IMG/VR virus record: IMGVR_UViG_3300025276_000024
Span: 32,001-96,000 of that record
Source of the DNA: a virus
Reading direction: 5' to 3' (one strand)
DNA: 64,000 nt
Part shown: positions 1 to 12,100 of the stretch, in pieces
Numbering within the stretch: position 1 is the stretch's first letter
Layout of the letters: the number at the start of each line of letters is the position of its first letter
Position numbers and translations under genes: made by a program
The notes under the pieces: generated by a model
What the model was told of the DNA's origin: nothing
Database searches by the model: none
What the model saw: only the letters and a program-made list of their open reading frames with translations

Positions 1-2
1 CA

Positions 3-1895
3 TTACCTATAATGACTTTACCTGCATGTTTGCAGTATAATAATAAAGAAGGTAATCCAGTAACTTCATTACCACTAGATCAGTTTGCTACTCTTATAGC
101 AAATCAAGTATGTACTAATTTAGCTAGTATAAATCTTATTAATTCTACATTAACTAGTTATAGTTCTAGATTAGATGTATTAGAAGCTTGCGTGTTACCT
201 TGTTCAGGTGGTGTTGTAGAAGCTCAAATTGTTCCTACTTGCGTTAGTAATATAGGAACTTTAACTAATGTCTCAGTAGTAGTACTAGCATTAGAAAGTG
301 CATTTTGTGCATTTAGGAGTGCAGTAGGTTTAGTTAGTGCAATCAACGGTGCAGTTTCACAAAGTGGTTTAACTGGATCAAGTAAACAATTAGCAGCATC
401 AACTGGTACATATAGTGGTATAACAGGATGGAATAATAATCCTAATACATTAGCTGAATCAGTACAGAATGCATGGGTTGTAATTGATGATATGTATGCT
501 GCAATAACAAGTGTTCAAAATAATTGTTGTCCAGGTGGATGTGAAAGTGTAGTATTTGGATATACTACAGCAAATACATTAACAAGTGGATTTATTACGG
601 ATGTTGTGTTTAACTTTATACCTTCTAGTATACCTAGTACATTTACTGATTCATCTGGTTATAGTCAAATTACTATTACAGATGCTTTAGGTGCTTCAAT
701 AAATCAAGTGGTAAGTGTTAGTTCATTACAAAACAATACAACAGGTATTTCAATTAATACAGGTTCATTAAATACTTTTCAAAATTTATCTGTAAGTGTA
801 GACTTTAGAGTAACTGACGGTTCAGATACATGTGAATCAAATTCAGCAAGTGTAATATCAGGTATAGTACCTTGCCCAAACACAACAATAACAAGTATTA
901 CAGCAACAGGCTTTACATTAAATATTGCTAATGTATTAGGAACTACTGCGGTATATACTATAGATATATTAGATCCATCAAATGTAGTTGTAGCTACATA
1001 CACACAAAATAGCCCATCAGGTAATTTTGCACATGCATTTACTGGTTTAATTGCTAATACAGCATATAATATCAGAACTACAATAGTAATACAAGGAGCT
1101 ACTAAAATTTGTAATTTAATTCCTGTCTCAACACAAGCAGCTGGTTCACCATGTTCAGCTGGATTAGATGTAGCATTTATATTAGATTATTCAGTTTCTA
1201 TGGAGCCTTCAGTAAAAGTTCTTAAATCAGCAATGGGAGGTGTAACAACTACCATAGCTAATCAAGTTGGAGGAAATAACTATAGACTAGGTTTAGTTAC
1301 TGTTGATGAAGATACTTCAGAGTTACCTAATTATGCAGCTTGTACAGATTACACAAGTTTACCTGCATCACAAAAAATCTCAAATACTGGATCAGCTGGA
1401 ACAAACCAGTACTATACAGCATGGGAGATGTTTGCTACGAATAACAAAACAAGCTTTGAATCTACCTTTGCAAAATTAAATGGTGGAGTTGTAGGTGGAG
1501 CTGGATGTATTCAAATGGGTGATGGAGCAGGTTCAGCAGAACCAATGGATATTGCAATTGAAAATGTAGTTGGTGCAAATAATTTTGTTGGAGCATATAA
1601 TTCTAATATTGCTAAATATGTTTTAGCATTTACAGATCAGCTACCATCAGGAGAAGGAAATGCAATGTCATCTACAGTATATGCAAGAATACTAAGCTTA
1701 ATTACGACATGTAACAATAAAGGTATTAAAGTCTTTGTCTTTGGTGCAGGTGTTAATTTAACTTGGGATAATGGTGGAACAATTTCTCCAGCAATATATC
1801 CTTGGAGAGAGTTAGCAACTCAAACAAGTGGTGGATATTTTGCAAATATTGATCAACCAACAATTCAGAATGCAATAATTAATGGATGTGCATAA
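3..1895 (+). CDS. Virion structural protein, 5'-truncated; Cys-rich segments + FN3-like repeat + C-terminal vWA domain
   Basis: Frame is open to the window edge. FN3-like segment (FAHAFTGLIANTAYNIR); vWA MIDAS motif LDVAFILDYSVS (DxSxS) with downstream FTD; S/T-rich beta composition; lies in the structural block. Confidence 0.7.
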   Translation, partial: LPIMTLPACLQYNNKEGNPVTSLPLDQFATLIANQVCTNLASINLINSTLTSYSSRLDVLEACVLPCSGGVVEAQIVPTCVSNIGTLTNVSVVVLALESAFCAFRSAVGLVSAINGAVSQSGLTGSSKQLAASTGTYSGITGWNNNPNTLAESVQNAWVVIDDMYAAITSVQNNCCPGGCESVVFGYTTANTLTSGFITDVVFNFIPSSIPSTFTDSSGYSQITITDALGASINQVVSVSSLQNNTTGISINTGSLNTFQNLSVSVDFRVTDGSDTCESNSASVISGIVPCPNTTITSITATGFTLNIANVLGTTAVYTIDILDPSNVVVATYTQNSPSGNFAHAFTGLIANTAYNIRTTIVIQGATKICNLIPVSTQAAGSPCSAGLDVAFILDYSVSMEPSVKVLKSAMGGVTTTIANQVGGNNYRLGLVTVDEDTSELPNYAACTDYTSLPASQKISNTGSAGTNQYYTAWEMFATNNKTSFESTFAKLNGGVVGGAGCIQMGDGAGSAEPMDIAIENVVGANNFVGAYNSNIAKYVLAFTDQLPSGEGNAMSSTVYARILSLITTCNNKGIKVFVFGAGVNLTWDNGGTISPAIYPWRELATQTSGGYFANIDQPTIQNAIINGCA

Positions 1896-1919
1896 AAGAA
1901 AAAAATAAAAAATAAAAAA

Positions 1920-2480
1920 ATGGCATGTAATTGTACAAAATGTAGTCAAAAATGTGGATGTGCTGATACAGCAATCACTAATGCATGTACATACACTGAT
2001 TGTAGTGTAGGTAGTGAAAGATGTGATGATGTTCAGTGTGCATCATGTGTAAGTTATTGTGGTACTTCATTTCAAATTGGAGCTGCTAATGCACAGATAA
2101 CAATAACTTCTGGGGAAAGATTAGATTCTATTATTCAGAAGTACGCTATGATATTAGCAAATGGATTAGGTAGTTGTACATCAAATGATACTCAACATGA
2201 TCCATACAATGTATATGCAGGAACAGTAACAAATAGTACAATTTCAGTATTATGGGATGGTATATATAGTAGTAGTAATGGAGTTAATGTTTATATTGAT
2301 ACTCAAGTTAGTCCAAGTGGATGGGTATTACAAAACACAAGTCCAATAGTTGTTACAACAAATAACTTTACTATTTCAAATTTAGTGGCTAGTACAGCAT
2401 ATAAAATAAAAGTTGTTGATAATGGGAACTCAGCTTCCTGTAAACCAATAGAAATACTTATTTCTACATTAGCAACATAA
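1920..2480 (+). CDS. Cys-rich structural protein with C-terminal FN3-like domain
   Basis: N-terminal CNCTKC..CGC..C..C; C-terminal FTISNLVASTAYKIKV is an FN3 signature. Confidence 0.6.
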   Translation: MACNCTKCSQKCGCADTAITNACTYTDCSVGSERCDDVQCASCVSYCGTSFQIGAANAQITITSGERLDSIIQKYAMILANGLGSCTSNDTQHDPYNVYAGTVTNSTISVLWDGIYSSSNGVNVYIDTQVSPSGWVLQNTSPIVVTTNNFTISNLVASTAYKIKVVDNGNSASCKPIEILISTLAT

Positions 2481-2527
2481 AAGAACAACATGCAAGTGGT
2501 TTGTTGGTTTTCTACTGCAAACGTTGG

Positions 2528-2562
2528 AAGAGGCTGGGTTTCACCTGGTCTCTTTTTTTTTT
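2528..2562 (+). terminator. Rho-independent terminator
   Basis: AAGAGGCTGGGT-TTC-ACCTGGTCTCTT stem (with G-U pairs) followed by a long T run, downstream of the 186-aa gene. Confidence 0.7.
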
Positions 2563-2599
2563 ACTATCTTTACAATAAAAAATCTTAATAAAAAAATCA

Positions 2600-3823
2600 A
2601 TGGCTAATTTAAAACAAAAAGTTCTAGACAGTTTAAAATGGAAAAAACATCCTTCTTATTGTGCTGATAAATTAAATATCACAGAAGACCAATATGTAAA
2701 ATTAAAGAAAAGCATTTTACGTGAAAGAAAAGTCAAAAAGAAAAAATCAATATTCTTTAATAAAGCTGCAGATAATGCACAACTAGTTGAATCAATTGAT
2801 TTAGAAAGAGGAGAAGGAAAAATATCAGGAACATTTGATTATGAACCTAAAAGTGCTGAAGAAATAATTTCTTTATTAAAGATAGATACAAATAAATGGA
2901 AGCTATCACAATATTGGAATAAACAAATGGGTGATCATTGGAGAGTGTCAGCTTTAGTTTCTCAAGTTAAAAATCCAGAAGAAAAATTATTTGAAGAGTT
3001 ATTAGCAAATTGGAATCCTAAAACATATAAAATACCCAAAGTAAATTTAAAGAAAATTAAATCAGATGAACCTGTGTGTGGTGTAATATCTTTACAAGAT
3101 ATACATTTTGGTAAAGAAGGTAATGACACCATAGATAAAGATTTTGAAGATACTGTTACATATCTTATTAACAAAGCTGCTCCAGTAAACTATATAGAAA
3201 GAATGTATTTTGTAGTAGGAGGAGATATAATTAATATGGATACCTTTTCTGGTACAACTACAGGCGGAACTCCAGTAGACAACTGCATGAGTGCTACTCA
3301 GGCTTACGTACAGGCATTTGATGCTATGCATTGGGCTATTAACTACATTAAAGCTTTCTGTAAGGAATTAGTGGTTGTATACGTCCCAGGTAATCATGAT
3401 AGATTATCTTCATATCATTTAGTGCATGCTTTATCTATGTCAATAGAAAGTACAGAGATAACTTGGGATACTAAATATGAAGAAAGAAAAGTACATGTAT
3501 GGCATAATAACTTTAATGCTTTTGAACATGGAGATAAACGTAGTAAAAATAATCCATTAATATATGCTTCAGAATACCCAAAACAATGGGGTGCTACAAC
3601 TAATAGAACATTATTTAAAGGACACATTCATACAGATAGGAAAGTTGAGTATATGACTTCAAATGAAACAGCAGGTTTTATAGAAAAGACTTTACCAAGT
3701 TTAGGAAAAACAGATTACTATCATTACAGCAATAAATTTGTAGGCAACAGGAGGTCAGGTAAACTTGAACTGCAACATCCTACAATGGGTAATATATGTG
3801 AATTAACATACCAAGCTTTGTAA
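2600..3823 (+). CDS. Calcineurin-like metallophosphoesterase
   Basis: All five motifs present: DIH, GGD, GNHD, HGD, GHIH. Confidence 0.85.
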   Translation: MANLKQKVLDSLKWKKHPSYCADKLNITEDQYVKLKKSILRERKVKKKKSIFFNKAADNAQLVESIDLERGEGKISGTFDYEPKSAEEIISLLKIDTNKWKLSQYWNKQMGDHWRVSALVSQVKNPEEKLFEELLANWNPKTYKIPKVNLKKIKSDEPVCGVISLQDIHFGKEGNDTIDKDFEDTVTYLINKAAPVNYIERMYFVVGGDIINMDTFSGTTTGGTPVDNCMSATQAYVQAFDAMHWAINYIKAFCKELVVVYVPGNHDRLSSYHLVHALSMSIESTEITWDTKYEERKVHVWHNNFNAFEHGDKRSKNNPLIYASEYPKQWGATTNRTLFKGHIHTDRKVEYMTSNETAGFIEKTLPSLGKTDYYHYSNKFVGNRRSGKLELQHPTMGNICELTYQAL

Positions 3824-3825
3824 AG

Positions 3826-3861
3826 ACCTCACTTTTAATTTCATTAAGTGGGGTTTTTTTT
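3826..3861 (+). terminator. Rho-independent terminator
   Basis: ACCTCACTT...AAGTGGGGT stem followed by a T8 run directly after the stop codon. Confidence 0.7.
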
Positions 3862-3878
3862 GTAAATTATAAATATAA
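3859..3878 (+). promoter_or_regulatory. Candidate phage late-promoter motif (copy 1)
   Basis: TTTGTAAATTATAAATATAA; near-identical copies at 17607 and 51947, each just upstream of a + strand start codon. Confidence 0.55.
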
Positions 3879-3882
3879 CTGT

Positions 3883-4449
3883 ATGATCAACAATTTTAAA
3901 AAACCTAATTTAAATGCTCCTAGATATAGGGAAAAAAGATTAGGGTTATTAAATGAAGAAACAATAAAAGAGTTTAAAGAGAAAAAACCTTTATACTCTG
4001 ATATAGATAGTATAAAATTAAAAAAAATAATTAAGACATATAATGTTAGACTTTGGAATGCTGTAGTAGATAATAGAGATGGTGTTGAGTTACCTGATTC
4101 ATTAGGATATCTTTTTATAGGTACATGTCCTTCTTCAAAATCAGTCAATACAAATTATGCATTATCAAATCAATATGGTAAAGTCTTACAAAACAAAAAT
4201 TGGGAAACAGATGGCAACTTAGGTAAAATATTTTATACAAACTATTCAACTAAATATAGATTTAAAAATAGAGAGTTGTGGAGGTTTGTAGCATGTAGAG
4301 ATTTCAAAAGATCTGTTGCAAAATTTTATCCCATTAATTGGACAAAGTATGTAGTAATGAAAAACAAATATAAGGTGGCTCATTTATATGATGAAAATCC
4401 TGAAGAAACTAGCAAAGCATTAAAGAATTATAATGAATTTGAAAAATAG
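3883..4449 (+). CDS. IHF/HU-like DNA-binding protein (crAss-type)
   Basis: Basic protein; helix followed by GVELPDSLGYLFIG, resembling the HU/IHF V-x-L-x-x-[FL]-G strand; position before the tail ring genes matches crAss-like gene order. Confidence 0.5.
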   Translation: MINNFKKPNLNAPRYREKRLGLLNEETIKEFKEKKPLYSDIDSIKLKKIIKTYNVRLWNAVVDNRDGVELPDSLGYLFIGTCPSSKSVNTNYALSNQYGKVLQNKNWETDGNLGKIFYTNYSTKYRFKNRELWRFVACRDFKRSVAKFYPINWTKYVVMKNKYKVAHLYDENPEETSKALKNYNEFEK

Positions 4450-4454
4450 AAAAC

Positions 4455-5129
4455 ATGGCAACAATAGCAGAAGTAGTATCTAGAATTAGAGGTCAAGTAA
4501 AAGCAGGAGTTCAAGATGCTTTTGTTACTGATAGATATATCTACAGCTTAATAGAAAAGTATGCTCAGTTTTTAATGAGAAGACAAGACTATGCAAATAA
4601 ATTATTAAAATTTAATTCAGTATGGAAAACATTACCATATGTAGAATTAATTGACGTAGATAAAATAGAAGCTCATTGTGCTGGTATACAAAGTGGATGT
4701 ACAATAAAACGTACAAAATTAAAGCTACCTTCAATGTTTGAAGGGTACTGGGGTCCTTTAATCCGTACTATTAGTTCAATAGATGGATCACAAGAATTAC
4801 AAGGAACTCAACCTGGCACATATACTTCATTAACAAAAACAACTTCTTTTAGATATAATAAAACTTTATATTTTTGGTGGTTAGATGGATATATTTATTG
4901 TCCTAATATAGCATGGGATGCAATTAAAGTAGAAGGTGTATTTGATTCTGATATAACTAATTGGGATTGTGATACTGAAAATGATTGTACACCTAGGTAT
5001 AATCAAGAAATATATATACCAGAAGCATTGTTTGCAGAAATAGAAAGTCAAGTTATTGCTACTATGTCAGGTACATTACAAATACCATCTGAAGATTCAG
5101 ATAATAAACGTAACCTAGCTAGAACATAA
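4455..5129 (+). CDS. Tail ring/tubular (adaptor) protein
   Basis: N-terminus MATIAEVVSRIR...TDRYIYSLI is typical of crAss-like ring proteins; located upstream of the muzzle gene. Confidence 0.55.
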   Translation: MATIAEVVSRIRGQVKAGVQDAFVTDRYIYSLIEKYAQFLMRRQDYANKLLKFNSVWKTLPYVELIDVDKIEAHCAGIQSGCTIKRTKLKLPSMFEGYWGPLIRTISSIDGSQELQGTQPGTYTSLTKTTSFRYNKTLYFWWLDGYIYCPNIAWDAIKVEGVFDSDITNWDCDTENDCTPRYNQEIYIPEALFAEIESQVIATMSGTLQIPSEDSDNKRNLART

Positions 5130-5140
5130 AAATTATAACA

Positions 5141-6094
5141 ATGGGAGTATCACAAAAATATAGAACTTTTAGTCAATTAATGGAGGATGTCTCTATTGAT
5201 TTTTCAACATACGCATTAGAAGGTTTGATTGAACCAGCACAATTAATTAAAGTTGCAACAAGAGTAAACTATGATTTAGGTCTTAAGATTCATAGAACTA
5301 AAGAAGTTATTATAGATATTGAACATGGCAGAGGTCAAATGCCTATGGATTTTCAATATTTAAATTATGCATTTAGATGTGGTTCATATACTATTAATCA
5401 GACAATGCCTTCAGGAACACATATTGAAACATTTAATGATGTACCATATGTACCTGCACCAGGTGAAGTTGCTCCTTGTGAAGATGGAAAAGTATGTAAA
5501 GATGTATGTGTAGTCAAAACTTGTGATGATAAAAATAGTTATCAATTGGTACAAAGAGTTGGTCCAAATAATTTTAGAACATTTAATACTTGGACGGAAT
5601 TAAGAATTAAAGATGTAAATGATAAAGTATGTTATTGTCCTAGTTTAGGTGCACAAGCAATAGACATTGCTGAGATTAAAGACGGTTTTTTAGTTACAAC
5701 ATTTAGAACAGGTAAAGTTTATATTAGTTACCAAGGTGCAATGGAAAATGCTGAGGGAGATCTATTAGTATTAGATCAACCATATTGTAATGAATATTAT
5801 GAATATGCAATAAAACAAAGAATATTAGAAAACATGGTTTGGAATGGTGAGAATGTTTCTCAACAATTACAACTAGTTGAAGGAAGGTTAAGGGGTGCAA
5901 GGAATAATGCATTAAGTTTTGTCAATACACCAGATTTTGCAGATATGAGAAAGGTGTGGCATATGAATAGAAGAGCACAATATCATAATTATTATAACAT
6001 GTTTTTAAGTTATGCACCTTCTAATCCAAGAGTAGTTAGTGCACCCAATACATTACCAAGTTCAACAGCAACAACAGCATGTCCAACTTGTTAA
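5141..6094 (+). CDS. Tail ring/tubular protein
   Basis: Size and synteny (immediately before the stabilisation/muzzle gene); GKVYISYQG...D...LVLD motif resembles tail tubular proteins. Confidence 0.5.
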   Translation: MGVSQKYRTFSQLMEDVSIDFSTYALEGLIEPAQLIKVATRVNYDLGLKIHRTKEVIIDIEHGRGQMPMDFQYLNYAFRCGSYTINQTMPSGTHIETFNDVPYVPAPGEVAPCEDGKVCKDVCVVKTCDDKNSYQLVQRVGPNNFRTFNTWTELRIKDVNDKVCYCPSLGAQAIDIAEIKDGFLVTTFRTGKVYISYQGAMENAEGDLLVLDQPYCNEYYEYAIKQRILENMVWNGENVSQQLQLVEGRLRGARNNALSFVNTPDFADMRKVWHMNRRAQYHNYYNMFLSYAPSNPRVVSAPNTLPSSTATTACPTC

Positions 6095-6108
6095 ACAAGT
6101 AATATATT

Positions 6109-9100
6109 ATGGCAAAAAAAAAAGAATCTAATCCTACTCCTACTCCAAGAAATGGATCATCATCAGTAAATATAAATTCATTTAATAAAGGAATGAACAA
6201 GGATGTTGCTCCTTCATTTGAAAGTCAACAATCTTGGTGGCATGCACGTAATGCAGCAAATAATTCAGAAGACGGTGATTTAGGATTAATAGGTAATGAA
6301 CCATCTAACTTACAATGTGGTGTAATTCCCTATACAGTTATTGGTGCAATACATAGATTTGGTGATGAATGGATAGTTTACTCAACAGATAATATCAGTT
6401 CAGAAATAGGTAGGTTTGATGATAGTGAATGTAAGTATACTACAATAGTAAATGATCCTTGTTTAAATTTTAGTACAAAACATTTAATAACTGGTGCAGC
6501 AAAAGAAAACTTTGATTGTACGTGGGAAGTGTATTGGGATGATGCTAATAATCCATCTAGAGCATTTAATATTGATAATGTACCATATAAAAAAGTTCAA
6601 ATTACCGGACCACTTATTGATGGAGATCCATGTGTTACTTTTGAAGTTATTGAACCTAAGCAATTAAATTGTGAAGAGATTAGATTAGCTCCGTTGTTAG
6701 ATACACCGTGTGTTAAACTTACTCAAGCTACTGATGGTGGTATGATACGTAATGGTACATATCAAGCATTTATAGCATATGTAGAAAATGAACAACGTGT
6801 AACAGATTATATAGGTGTATCAAATTTACAAACTATATGGAGTCATGAAGGTGGCTCAGGATCATTAGAAATAACTTTAACTAATTTAGATCAATCATAT
6901 TTCTTTTATGAATTGATTATATTAAGAAGAAATCAAGGACAAACATCAGCAAAGAAAATTGGTCTTTACAGTACAGAGCAATCATCAATTAATATTGATT
7001 TTATTGATGAAGCATTGGTAGCCATAGATTTAAAATTAATTCCATTGCGTAGTCCTGCATATGAAAAGTCAGAATCAATGTTTGTTGTAAATGACTGGTT
7101 AATTAGACAGGGACCTACTGAACAGTTTGATTTTAATTATCAACCTATAGCAAATAATATCACAACTAATTGGGTAGTAAATCAAGTAAGTAGTAAGTAT
7201 TATATATTAGGTGGAAACAAATTAGGTTTCATGCGTGATGAACAATATGCATTTTTTATAAGGTGGATATATAATACAGGTGAAAGGTCATCATCATATC
7301 ACATACCTGGAAGAGCACCTAGAGATTATACATTACCTAGTGGTATAGATAAATTAGAAAATGAACCTATTTCTGGAGATAATACAATAGGGACTGAACC
7401 TCTTTTTCACGTTTATAATACAGCTGATGCAATATCTTTAAATATTAGTGAAGTACAAGAAGATGACTCATTAGTTATTGCAAGAGGTGAGATGGGTTAT
7501 TGGGAATCAACAGAACTTTACCCATCTAACAGACCAGATATTTGGGGTGATTTATGTGGTAAACCTATTAGACATCATAAAATGCCTGATGAATCTCTTG
7601 GCGGTTCAGCTTCACCTCTACATATAAGTACAACAACTGGAGATTTAATTAATTTAATAGGTGTTGAGTTTTCAAATATAGGTAGGCCTAAATATAATAA
7701 TGGATCATATATAGAAAATATTGTTGGCTATGAAATATTACGTGGGTCAAGACAAGGGGCAAGATCCATATTAGCAAAGGGTATGTTTAAAAACATGCGT
7801 AAATATAGAATTCCTAATGCAGAAAATTTATTAGGGAACTCTCAAGGTTTATACCCCAATTATCCATATAACTCATTACAAGATGATGTATTCTTTTTTG
7901 ATGCTGGTAATAATCCAGATGCTGAAGATACACTAACAACAGGTTGTGATAATTTTACACAATCAATAAATGCTTATCCTCCATTAAGTGGATATACTAA
8001 AGATGTATTTACATTTAGTGCACCAGATTTAATGTTTGCCAAGCCTTTTTTAAATGCTTATGAAACAAAAATATATGGAGCAATACATGGTAAAGCAAAT
8101 GGTTCATTTGTACCTTCTGAAGACCATCCACAATTTAAATTATTAAGACCCAAAGCGGCTACTCTAGCTTGTGTGATTGGTATTGGTTATGCATTAAATG
8201 CTGTACAAGGAACTCAGTCTAAGGGTTTAAACCCATTACAAGCAAATAACCTTGCAGGTGCACCTTTTGTTGGTGTAGTTCCTCCTGTGTTGTCTGTTGG
8301 TTATCCTACTATTGGTACTGCTAGTGGTGGAGGTCTTTCATTATTTAATCTTCTTCAAGGTTTATTAATGGATACTTTACTAGATGGAGTTGTTGATATG
8401 GGTGATTTATATTCTGGTGGTGTTCTATCTCAATTAGTATACCAAGCAGAAAATACAGCTAACTTAATTAAAGCTTCTGTAGTTCCTGGTGCATCAGGTG
8501 GTGGTACTACATCTAATACAACATTTGATAAACCAGAAGGATCACTACCAACACTTTTAAGAGCCTTTATAGGTATATCAATGGCTCAAAAAAATATTGC
8601 TATAGGAGGTAATGAAATTATTGATCTATTTTATAATCTTGTAGATGAAGCTGACTTTGTATATAAATATAATTCAGTAGGTTTTTATAATACTTTTGAA
8701 AAAGTTAACCGCAATAATATATTCAGAACTAAAAATCATGATGCAAATTATTTAGGTTCTTCATTTCAAACTTTTGATGGTATAAAATATAAAATTAATA
8801 ATTTATTTAGACCATCCACAATAGCTGTATCAACAGTTAATGAATTAGATAATCCACCTGTAATAGATAATTCTAGATTTTCATTAGGGGGTTATATAAA
8901 TCAAAATGGTAGTACTGTTGATTTTGAAAACAAGTATATGAAGAATCCATCTGGGGCAAGTTCAATACAAACAAATATTTCAGCTTTATATGGTGCATTA
9001 AAATATAACTTTGATAATCAGTACGGACAGCTAGATGGAGTTAAGCAAATACAGATGCGTGGTTGTGTAGAACCAATAGGAGGATTAGATAAAGACGGAA

Positions 9101-12100
9101 ATGCTATACCTGATCAATTTTTATACACAAGTAAACCTATCTTTAGTGGAGATGTTTCTATAAACAGATATACTGAAAAATGTATAATGCCAATCTTTAC
9201 AAACTTTCTAAAAGGCCAACCTAATTTTTATTCATTTGACTATAGTTTATATGTAAATATTCCTTATCCTAGATTCTGGTTGAACTCTACTAAATTTGAT
9301 ATTAGTGGTATTGCACGTGAAGTAGCAACATTAGGACTTAGCCCAGGAAGTTATGCAGATGCATTACCTACAGCAAAGTATTATTTAGATAGAGGATATG
9401 ACAACTGTCAGGGTGGTGGATTTTTTAATAGTTTATTTGGTGGTGGTGGTGACTTAAATCCAGCATGGAATATGTTGTATGCTTATATGTATACACACAT
9501 AAATGGGATAAATGAATTTTTTGTTGAGACAGAAATAAACTTAGCATATAGAGATTGGGAAGACATGCCTAGTAAAAGGTTTTATGATCCATATGAATTT
9601 AATGATTTAGGTGTATTGTTTCATCCTGATAATATTAAAGCAGATAACTTTTATAAGTATGATGATTCATTATCTGCTTCAAAGTTTCCTACACAAATGG
9701 GATCTTATGGTCAAATACAACCTAGAGATTATGATCCATACGTAGCAGCAAATTGTTATATAAGTTATCCTAAGAGATTAATATATTCTTTACAAGCTCA
9801 AGAAGAATCTAAAAGAGATTATTGGAGAGTATTTTTAAATAACAATTATAAAGATTTTAAAAATGAAGTTAGTATAATTAAACCCATAAATAAAAGTGGA
9901 GCAATTATATTTTTTCCATATCTATCACCACAAATGTTTCAGGGTTTAGATACATTAAAGACAGAAACAGATACTAAGCTTACTATAGGTGACGGAGGTT
10001 TATTTAGTCAGCCATTTCAGAATATAGCTAATGCAGATATATCTAATGAATATGGTTCATGTGAAAGTTTAAGAGGAGTTATAAATACACCTATGGGATT
10101 ATTTTTTATATCTCAACAACAAGGTAAAATATTTCAATATGCTGGTAAAGGGTTAGATCCTATATCTAATAATGGAATGAAGTGGTGGTTTAATAAATAC
10201 TTACCTTCTAGATTTATTAGACAATTCCCAGCATCTGAAAATTCACAATGGACTGATAATCCTGTTGCAGGAGTTGGATGTCAAGTAATGTATGATTCAG
10301 TAGATGATGTAGTATACTTTATGAAAAAGGATTATCAACTAAAGCCACAATTTATTGCAAGTGCAACATTTAGAGATGCTCCAACTAAACCAGTAACAAT
10401 TACTATATCAAGTAAACTAGCTGGTAGTGATACTAGAATTCCTATTGACATTGGTGATCCATTATATTTTGATGATTGTTCTTGGACGATTAGTTATGAT
10501 CCTAAATCTAAAGCATGGATTTCATTTCATGACTGGCATCCTGAATTAGCTTTACCAAGCATAAATCATTTTTTTACAACTAAAACTATTGAGACAACAA
10601 TACCTCAATGTCCTCCGGGATACAACTTTAATCCTATTACAGGTTTATGTGAGATAGGTGTAAATACATCAGAACTAGCAGATGTAATTATAGATCAAAT
10701 AGCATCTACAGTTTCAGGTGGTCCTACTGCTTGTAAATTAGATCTTGTAATATCAATGGATGTATCAGGAAGTACTATTAGTTTTGGTAGAAGACAGGCT
10801 CAACAGGCTTTTATGACTATATTATTAAATGATCCCCAAGTAGTCAACTTAATGTCTAATAGTCAAATGCAAGTTGGATTTTGTACTTGGGATAGCAGCA
10901 GTACAACATTTAATATACCTAACGGGGGGAGTACAGTAACAATGAGTCATTTAGTAACTGAAAATCAAGCTACCACCTTTATGAATAATAATTGGACGAA
11001 TGGTTCTACTAGTGTTGCATTAGGATTACAAACTGGATTTAATATACTTAGTAATGTATCAAATTCAACATTGGGTGATAGGACAGCAGATGCTGATTAT
11101 AGAGCAATACAGATTTTAATTACTGATACAACTGATGCCGCAGGAACTAATGCTGGACAAAATTATACATCTCAAGGTACTGGTACTGCTCCTAGTTATA
11201 TGTCTGTTTATGCTATGTACTGTGGAGCTTCTAGTTCTATTCCACCGACTGCAGGAGTATTAAATGATATATCTATGACTAGTGGACCTGTTAATGTTGA
11301 TCCATATCAATGGGGTATTAATGCATCAGATTCTTCTACTAGTCAAGCAGTAGCATCAGCAATTGCAGGTGCAGTATGTGGTACGGATTATGTATGTGAT
11401 TGTCCATCAGGATACACTAAAGTATTTTTTGATCCAACTACAGCAACTTATACAGCATCAAGTGGAGAATGTGATGACAGTGATAGAGCACCTGTCTGTA
11501 GAAAAGTAACATGTGATTGTCCTATATCTACAGTACCGGGTTCTGTTGTAACTCAGTCTGGTGCATGTCCTACTGGAGCAGATATATATAATTTAGATGG
11601 AACAGGTAATTGGACTGACCCAAATCCATTAGTATGTAATTATTTTTACTTTGATCAAATAGCTGCTAATTATAGAGTTGGGGGATTTTGGAGACATAAT
11701 GTAAGATGTGATTCATTTGTAAATTATTATGGTGAGGATTATCCTTGGGAAATAGATTTAATATCTAACACAGGACAAGCAGTTAATACAATAAGAAGTT
11801 TTGAATATCAATTAGAAACATATGTATATAAAGGAGATCCTCAATATAACATGTGTGGAGGAGATAAGTGGGAAGATTTAGATTATAATTTTGATGCATC
11901 TATTATATATAATAATGATCAAGTATCAGGACTACTAGTTTTAAATACTCAACCAGTTAATAATCCATGGGGTAATTTAACTTATCCTATTGTTGGTTTT
12001 AATAATATTGATATACTAGTTTCTAAAGTTGAACATAAGTTTAGATTTAATCAGTTTTGGGATATTACTAATGATAGAGGAGAATTTACAAATGTAGAAC

